From assembly GCA_016839805.1 (NCBI GenBank), contig JAEOTO010000023.1, positions 1 to 32,470 of the forward strand: DNA of 32,470 nt, read 5' to 3'. Source of the DNA: Candidatus Hermodarchaeota archaeon (GTDB lineage Archaea > Asgardarchaeota > Hermodarchaeia > Hermodarchaeales > Hermodarchaeaceae). The position numbers and the translations under genes are program-made. A model generated the notes under the pieces. It had not been told where the DNA came from. It saw nothing but the letters and a program-made list of their open reading frames with translations, and searched no databases. Each line of letters opens with the position of its first letter. The first letter of the stretch is position 1. Below, piece by piece: positions 27,150 to 32,470 of the stretch.

Positions 27150-27299
27150 TTAGGCTTCCTCAGGAACAGCTGGGAATTCGTATCCGCAAGAAGGACAGGC
27201 AATCGCGCCACAGGCACGAGCCATCATGCAGCCTGCACAGCCAACAGCTTGAGCTTTCTCGAATGTTTTTCCACACATTGGACAACGATACATAGTCAT
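27150..27299 (-). CDS. 49-aa Cys-rich protein downstream of feoB (not in the ORF track)
   Basis: Hand translation MTMYRCPMCGKTFEKAQAVGCAGCMMARACGAIACPSCGYEFPAVPEEA*; 7 Cys; GGAGG RBS at 27310-27314. Confidence 0.8.
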   Translation of the reverse strand: MTMYRCPMCGKTFEKAQAVGCAGCMMARACGAIACPSCGYEFPAVPEEA

Positions 27300-27365
27300 G
27301 AATCAGTTTCCTCCAATTTTTTATTATTTAGATGTTAATTATATTTTATCTTCGCCTTTTGAAGG

Positions 27366-29573
27366 TTATGGTAGTCCTAGACCAATGAGCATCCAGTTCG
27401 CGATGCCTCCGAGAGTAAAGGCAATCGCTATGGTTGCCACAGCTAGCATTAAAGTGTATTTCCACCCATACTCTCGATAGAGCACAGCAATTGTGGCAAT
27501 GCAAGGAACGTAAATTGTGGTAACGAGGGCGAAGATAAACATTTGGCGGATGGTCATGAAAGATGCGATACTCCCTCCAGCGAGGACTATAAGGAGTTCG
27601 ACAGTTAATTCCTTGCGGAGTATCCCATAGACGAGAGCAGCTGCGGTTTCGGGAGGGAGTCCAAGCCAGCCAACAACGAGCGGAGCCATGGGAACGATGA
27701 TTAGGTTGAGATAGCCAAATTCTAAGAGTACGCCTAGAATTGCGCTGCCTATGATAATCATGGGCAGGGCGATGTAGACGAATTCTTTAAAGCGGAGCCA
27801 GGTTTTTTTCAAGATGGGTTTGGGTCGGGGGACTCGTAAGGGAGGGATTTCCATGACCAAGCCATGTGATGCACCGGGAAGGGTGTGCTGAAGGAGAGCA
27901 CCGAGTCCAATAATGATTCCTAGAACGATTGCATAGATGATGAATGCGAAGATGATGGAGCCGTAGAGAGCAACAGTCCCGAGTATTACAGCAAGTTGTG
28001 CGGAACAGGGGATGAGGACAACAAGAAATCCAGCGATTAGACGTTCTCGTTTAGTGTTGAGGATGCGGTTACCAAGAACTGCAGGAACATTGCAGCCCAT
28101 CCCAGTCAACATGGGGATTATGGCACGACCATGAAGGCCAACGCGGTGCATGAAGGCATCTAGAAGGAAAGCTATTCGAGCTAGATAGCCAGTGTCTTCC
28201 ATTACGGAAAGGAGTATGTAAAAGGTTACCACGAATGGGATCGCGACAAAAAGCCATCCTTGTATTCCATATATGAGTCCGTAAAGAAGGATGATTTGGA
28301 TAATGGGCCAGGGGATGTAGGTGCCAATGAGATATTCTGCAGTAGGATTAATGAAAGTGTCCCAGAAGTCACCGATTGTCGCGTCGAATATCGCTCCAAT
28401 GGCGAATATAAAGAGCAGAGATCCAATCAGTATTAATACAGCAATGGGAAGACCCCAGATTCTATGAGTGAGAACAGCCGAAATTCGTTCGGTGAAGGGA
28501 ACCCTTTCGCCTTTTCCTTTCTGTGCGTGTTCGGTGATATAATTTGCATAGTTCAGGCGTTTTTCGCCTAATACTAACACAACGTCAGCTTCAAATTCAG
28601 TTTCAATTTCGTCACGAGTTTTTTGAATAAGATTGAGCGCTTCTTCTTGGTCCATTCGTGATTCAATGCATTGCGCACATTCTGCGTACTCTTCGAGAAG
28701 TTGTTGCGAGACAATACGTAAAGGTAGATTCAAAGGACAAAGTTGCATCTTCGCCAGCGACTGTTCAAGTCGTCGAAGCTTTGCCTCAATGCCATCAGGA
28801 AAGAGCATTCGCCGAGGTTTTTTACCCGAATCTTGTACAGCAATTTTGGCAGCGGTTCGGAGCAGGAGTTTTAGATGTTTTCCATGGATTGCTACAGTTG
28901 GAATGACAGGAACACCGAGTAACCCTTCGAGTACACCAACGTCGATATTAATACCCATACGTTGAGCAAGGTCGACTTGATTGAGACAGACAACAACAGG
29001 AATATTGAACTCTAATAATGCAAGTGTTAACAGGAGATTCCTAGGAAGATTAGTAGCATCAACAACATTTACAATGACATCAGGAGCATCTTGTTGCAAA
29101 TAGCGAAGAGTAACTTTTTCATCCTCAGAAGTGGGACTGATAATAGTATATGAACCGGGTAAATCGACTACGTCAATTTTGACACCATCCTCAGGATCGA
29201 AATAGCCACCTTTTGGAAACCTTCGAAATCGACGCCCCCGCCTAAACTTCCTTTTTCTGCGATATCTTCTCTCATTATCTGAATCTGCTGAATGATCAGA
29301 CCCAGAATTTTCTTCAACCGTCGTTTTCCAGTCCTTAATCCCTTGGTGCCATTTAGGTGAGTATACATCATGATAAGAGAGATAAACAGTACCTTCAAGC
29401 AGCTCTACTGTTGTTCCCGGATAATTTGAAACAATGGCCCCAAGACCAGTCCAAGCATTAAAAATAACGCTCTTCCCGACATTTGGCTGACCCACGAGAG
29501 CTAGACGAATTGTCTTTTGCTGCTCAGACACATCTCTTCTATAACGAAATTTCCACTTGCCGGGACCTTTCAC
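27366..29573 (-). CDS. feoB: Ferrous iron transporter FeoB
   Basis: G1 GQPNVGKS, G2 NYPGTTVE, G3 DLPG, G4 NQVD; membrane motifs EDTGYLAR, G.GCNVPA, IPCSA, MEIPP, YVPCIAT. Confidence 0.95.
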   Translation of the reverse strand: MKGPGKWKFRYRRDVSEQQKTIRLALVGQPNVGKSVIFNAWTGLGAIVSNYPGTTVELLEGTVYLSYHDVYSPKWHQGIKDWKTTVEENSGSDHSADSDNERRYRRKRKFRRGRRFRRFPKGGYFDPEDGVKIDVVDLPGSYTIISPTSEDEKVTLRYLQQDAPDVIVNVVDATNLPRNLLLTLALLEFNIPVVVCLNQVDLAQRMGINIDVGVLEGLLGVPVIPTVAIHGKHLKLLLRTAAKIAVQDSGKKPRRMLFPDGIEAKLRRLEQSLAKMQLCPLNLPLRIVSQQLLEEYAECAQCIESRMDQEEALNLIQKTRDEIETEFEADVVLVLGEKRLNYANYITEHAQKGKGERVPFTERISAVLTHRIWGLPIAVLILIGSLLFIFAIGAIFDATIGDFWDTFINPTAEYLIGTYIPWPIIQIILLYGLIYGIQGWLFVAIPFVVTFYILLSVMEDTGYLARIAFLLDAFMHRVGLHGRAIIPMLTGMGCNVPAVLGNRILNTKRERLIAGFLVVLIPCSAQLAVILGTVALYGSIIFAFIIYAIVLGIIIGLGALLQHTLPGASHGLVMEIPPLRVPRPKPILKKTWLRFKEFVYIALPMIIIGSAILGVLLEFGYLNLIIVPMAPLVVGWLGLPPETAAALVYGILRKELTVELLIVLAGGSIASFMTIRQMFIFALVTTIYVPCIATIAVLYREYGWKYTLMLAVATIAIAFTLGGIANWMLIGLGLP

Positions 29574-29591
29574 AAATTCCCCCTCCGAAAT

Positions 29592-30302
29592 TTATTCTTC
29601 TACATCACGATGAATCCGAACACGTCTAGCAAGGTCACAACTAAGTGCAAATTGAGCAGTGCCTACTTCAATAAGCAGCGTGTCTCCTACCGGTGAAATT
29701 TGGACAACTCGAACCCTTTCACCAGGCAGCATGCCCATCGATGCCATCATTCGGAGAATTTCTAGATTCTCATCACTGATACAATTAATAGTCGCCTCTT
29801 CATTTTGCTCAAGATCAGCTAGTGATAGCTCCGGTAAAGGGTGAACTGTACCATTGGCAGCAGGAATGGGATTCCCATGTGGACAGGTCGGTGGATCATC
29901 TAGTTTTTCCAAAACACGATTACACTGCTCTTCTGTGAGTACATGCTCCCACTCGCATGCCATATCATGGGCCTCTTCCCAACTAAATCCCAGTAGATCT
30001 ACTAAGAGTCTTTCAGCAATTCGATGTCGGCGAAGTACATCTAGGGCAATTTTACGTCCTTTTTTTGTTAATTTGAACCCTCGACCCTTTTTCCAGATAA
30101 CGTAATTCTTTTTTGTTAGATTCTTTTTCACTTTGTCAGTGACGCTAGCGGGTACCACACCTAGATATTTTGCTAGTTCGCCTGTTTTCACATAACCTTC
30201 CTTATTGTTGAGTAGCCTAAGAATAGCTTCTAAGTACTCTTCCACGCTAGCACTAGGAGCCTCCGATGCGTTTTCAGATTTGACTTCAGGTGCGGGATTC
30301 AT
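29592..30302 (-). CDS. DtxR/IdeR/MntR-family metal-dependent repressor with a C-terminal FeoA (SH3-like) domain
   Basis: EEYLEAI, LA..LGV.PASVT, LT..G...A...LRRHR..ERLL, AC..EH, CPHGNPIP, FeoA GMLPG..VRV. ATG 30302 preferred because TTG 30320 lies inside the operator. Confidence 0.93.
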   Translation of the reverse strand: MNPAPEVKSENASEAPSASVEEYLEAILRLLNNKEGYVKTGELAKYLGVVPASVTDKVKKNLTKKNYVIWKKGRGFKLTKKGRKIALDVLRRHRIAERLLVDLLGFSWEEAHDMACEWEHVLTEEQCNRVLEKLDDPPTCPHGNPIPAANGTVHPLPELSLADLEQNEEATINCISDENLEILRMMASMGMLPGERVRVVQISPVGDTLLIEVGTAQFALSCDLARRVRIHRDVEE

Positions 30303-30311
30303 ACAAAACGT

Positions 30312-30340
30312 TTTAGGCAAGCCTAAATATAAAGTTTTAC
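30312..30340 (-). promoter_or_regulatory. DtxR-type operator TTTAGGC-AA-GCCTAAA abutting the BRE/TATA of the dtxR-feoB operon
   Basis: Perfect 7-bp inverted repeat at 30312-30327. The minus strand reads GTAAAAC-TTTATA-TTTAGGC, with TATA 26-31 nt before ATG 30302, consistent with a leaderless transcript. Confidence 0.75.
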
Positions 30341-30361
30341 ATTGTGTTACCTTTGCCTATA

Positions 30362-31276
30362 CTATTCTACGAGACCCAAGACTTGAGCACACATCAGGAA
30401 ATATTGGACGAGAGCTCCTACGGGACCCCAGCGTTTAGCCACCCGTTCAACATCTTGCCGTTTTGCCGGCATCCCCTGTAAATAGAGTCGAGAAATAATT
30501 TGCCGGATACCCAAGTCATCTGACGGAAACAAATCTAGCCTTCGCAGTCCTGTCAACACAGCGAGCTCAGCCGTCCAAACCCCAATACCGCGCAGGACAT
30601 CAAGCTCACGCACAATTGTATCCGAGTCATAGTGTGCGAGCATGTCCAACTGTAGATTCCCCTTCGTAAGTTGTTCAAATAATCCAACCAGATAAGGTGC
30701 CTTGTACCCTAATTTACATGCTCGAAGATCAGATTCCGAAAGCTTTCCAAGCGTTTCGATCAATGGAAACCCGTACAGCTTGTCCCCCTCAATCTGACAC
30801 TTGGAACCATAAGATAAGACAAGCCTCCGAGTCACCTGGTTCGCTGATCGAAAGCTGACTTGCTGTTGAAGAATCGCCTTTACAATCGCTTCAAAAAACG
30901 TCGGTGGACTATAAGGTCGAAGCCCTCTCAATGGTTTCGCAAGATGTGCGATCACAGGATCAGCTTTAATCGCTTTCAGCACAGGTCGAGTATCAATATC
31001 CCAACCCAATGACCATTCCACTAGAGAAATAATAGATTCATGTTTACTTCCAAATTTTGCAGGCCATTGAACTTCCAGCAAGGGATGAGGCCCTTGCCGA
31101 CTTTGACGGACGCGAACAGGTACTTGCGTATTGTCAATCGGAAGACATCGAGCAAACTCCCCAGACCGTTTAATTTCAGGAGTAGGCTGAACATCCGGGT
31201 AAATCCAACTATCAACGGTTATATCCAAATCAAATGGCTTTTCCAACTCCACTTGGAATCCATGAACGTCAGACAT
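30362..31276 (-). CDS. alkA: DNA-3-methyladenine glycosylase II (AlkA, HhH-GPD superfamily)
   Basis: FEAIVKAILQQQVS, FP, LRGIGVWTAE (HhH), FPSDDLGI, A..WGP. Confidence 0.85.
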   Translation of the reverse strand: MSDVHGFQVELEKPFDLDITVDSWIYPDVQPTPEIKRSGEFARCLPIDNTQVPVRVRQSRQGPHPLLEVQWPAKFGSKHESIISLVEWSLGWDIDTRPVLKAIKADPVIAHLAKPLRGLRPYSPPTFFEAIVKAILQQQVSFRSANQVTRRLVLSYGSKCQIEGDKLYGFPLIETLGKLSESDLRACKLGYKAPYLVGLFEQLTKGNLQLDMLAHYDSDTIVRELDVLRGIGVWTAELAVLTGLRRLDLFPSDDLGIRQIISRLYLQGMPAKRQDVERVAKRWGPVGALVQYFLMCAQVLGLVE

Positions 31277-31364
31277 TCATCCACCGCCTTCATCGAAGGC
31301 AACAAGGCATATTTTACGTTATGCCTATTACACGCCTTGACGATTATTAGCCTTAAAGAACATT

Positions 31365-31395
31365 AAAACGGTTGTTCGGGGTTATTGGTCAACCG
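31365..31395 (+). promoter_or_regulatory. Candidate operator copy 1: AAAACGGTTGT...; CGGTTG-N15-CAACCG
   Basis: Perfect 6-bp arms at 31369-74 and 31390-95; shares an 11-bp sequence with copy 2. Confidence 0.45.
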
Positions 31396-31458
31396 ACCAC
31401 AACATTCATAGACCAGTGAAAGCATTTTAGGTATGGAATAATCATTGGTGAATTTCGC

Positions 31459-31836
31459 ATGGCACTTTTAGGCGTTCGACAAATTATGACCGGTCAGAAG
31501 GTCGAAGCAAGCGATGTAATGCACTGCTTTCTAGGGTTGCGAAGCCTGGAAATCGATGTGTATTTCTACATTCTTAAAGGACAAGCCACAGTAAAAGAAG
31601 TCGCTGAAGCACTAGGACGCAACCGAAGTACGATACAGCGGGCCATTCAAAATCTTGTCCAACGTGGTTTCGCCCATCGCCGAACACGAACACTTCGGAA
31701 AGGTGGCTATGTTTATGTATACGAAGCAGTCAACCTCGCCACATTAAAGGAGCTGATCAAAGAAGCGTTGGACTCGTTTTACCAGCAGATTATAGACTTT
31801 TTAGATCAGTATTGGGCTCAGGCTGTAGAAGGCTAG
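31459..31836 (+). CDS. TrmB-like / COG3355-type HTH transcriptional regulator
   Basis: C.LGL..LEIDVY..L, TVKEVAEALGRNRSTIQRAIQNL, GGYVYVY wing. Confidence 0.85.
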   Translation: MALLGVRQIMTGQKVEASDVMHCFLGLRSLEIDVYFYILKGQATVKEVAEALGRNRSTIQRAIQNLVQRGFAHRRTRTLRKGGYVYVYEAVNLATLKELIKEALDSFYQQIIDFLDQYWAQAVEG

Positions 31837-31880
31837 AAAACGGTTGTGCTCAGTAGTGGCACTATCGTTACCTTTATATC
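31837..31880 (+). promoter_or_regulatory. Candidate operator copy 2 (CGGTTG-N15-CTATCG) directly upstream of TATA box TTTATAT
   Basis: AAAACGGTTGT at 31837-47; imperfect inverted repeat AACGGTTGTGC-N9-GCACTATCGTT; TTTATAT at 31873-79. Confidence 0.5.
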
Positions 31881-31959
31881 TAATAACACACACTCCTCCA
31901 TTACTCGCTGATTGATAAGGCTAAATAACAACTTGCAGCGAGATAAACGGTGTAAACAA

Positions 31960-32193
31960 ATGGCAAACATTGGCTGTCCCTTCTGCACAAAAACGGGTAT
32001 AATCATGGTCGTTACAGGCCTAGCCCTCATCTTAGTGAGTGCCGCCATCACGCTACCTTGGTTAGCTGTTATAGGACTCGTCATCCTACTTGCCGCCTAC
32101 ATCGTTCCCAACCTAGTAAGCGGACCAGGCTGCCACGGGCAAGGCTGCAGTCCATCCGCCCAAACCTCTGGAGAGGATGAACCCGATGAGTGA
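31960..32193 (+). CDS. Small two-TM membrane protein with N-terminal CPFC and C-terminal C-x4-C
   Basis: ATG at 31960 after GGTG; [22 protein letters not shown]; overlaps the thioredoxin start. Confidence 0.7.
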   Translation: MANIGCPFCTKTGIIMVVTGLALILVSAAITLPWLAVIGLVILLAAYIVPNLVSGPGCHGQGCSPSAQTSGEDEPDE

Positions 32194-32470
32194 ACAACCC
32201 GATCCAGAACTTGAAAGATTACGTGAAAAAAAACTCATGGAGATGAAACAATCAATGGCAACACAAACAGAACCCTCACACACCCCTCAGGGCGTATTAC
32301 ACTTATCCACCCAAGATTTCGACCAAACCATCAGTAAGGGCGTAACGCTTGTAGACTTCCATGCTGAATGGTGCGGACCCTGTAAAATGATGGCCCCAGT
32401 CGTCGAAAAACTCGCTCAAGAATATGCGGGACGAGCAAAGGTGGCTAAAGTTGATGTTGATATGAATATT
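32186..32470 (+). CDS. trxA: Thioredoxin, 3'-truncated by the window edge (not in the ORF track)
   Basis: Hand translation [20 protein letters not shown]...[40 protein letters not shown]; WCGPC active site; archaeal-type N-terminal ELERLREKK extension. Confidence 0.95.
   Translation, partial: MSEQPDPELERLREKKLMEMKQSMATQTEPSHTPQGVLHLSTQDFDQTISKGVTLVDFHAEWCGPCKMMAPVVEKLAQEYAGRAKVAKVDVDMNI

Noticed and set aside
29190-29378. Intein in FeoB
   Set aside because: Too short, with no C-terminal His-Asn followed by Cys/Ser/Thr and no splicing blocks.
1-32470. Mobile elements, defence systems, tRNA or rRNA genes
   Set aside because: No transposase, integrase, nuclease/methylase or cloverleaf/rRNA-like GC-rich segments were recognised. 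The remaining short overlapping ORFs in the track are treated as spurious.

Overview
Gene-dense archaeal chromosomal segment with about 33 CDS and no rRNA, tRNA, CRISPR array or transposase. Archaeal origin is supported by ThiI with CxxC and no rhodanese domain, a stand-alone AcdA alpha subunit, BRE/TATA promoters and GGTGA/GGAGG ribosome-binding sites. A RING protein, a KaiC/RAD55-V4R fusion and a stand-alone SCP2 protein suggest an Asgard-like lineage, but that is inference only. Most content is housekeeping or heterotrophic: two HAD hydrolases, an ADP-forming acyl-CoA synthetase alpha subunit, ThiI, a class III aminotransferase, adenine deaminase, M24 and M1 peptidases, two MFS transporters, an ArsB/NhaD permease, a RACo/ASKHA corrinoid activator, CinA/PncC, a radical SAM enzyme, AlkA and thioredoxin. 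The best leads are: (1) a membrane-anchored NZF/RanBP2-like plus RING-variant protein; (2) a switch-like three-way-junction leader before an MFS gene; (3) a DtxR-feoB operon with a perfect operator, a ~63-aa Arg-rich insertion in the FeoB G-domain and a 7-Cys mini-protein missed by the ORF track; (4) an HTH regulator / CxxC membrane peptide / thioredoxin module with two copies of a candidate operator; (5) a SufR-like regulator plus SCP2 module; (6) a pseudo-ATPase-V4R fusion. All family assignments come from reading motifs by eye; no database searches or folding programs were run.
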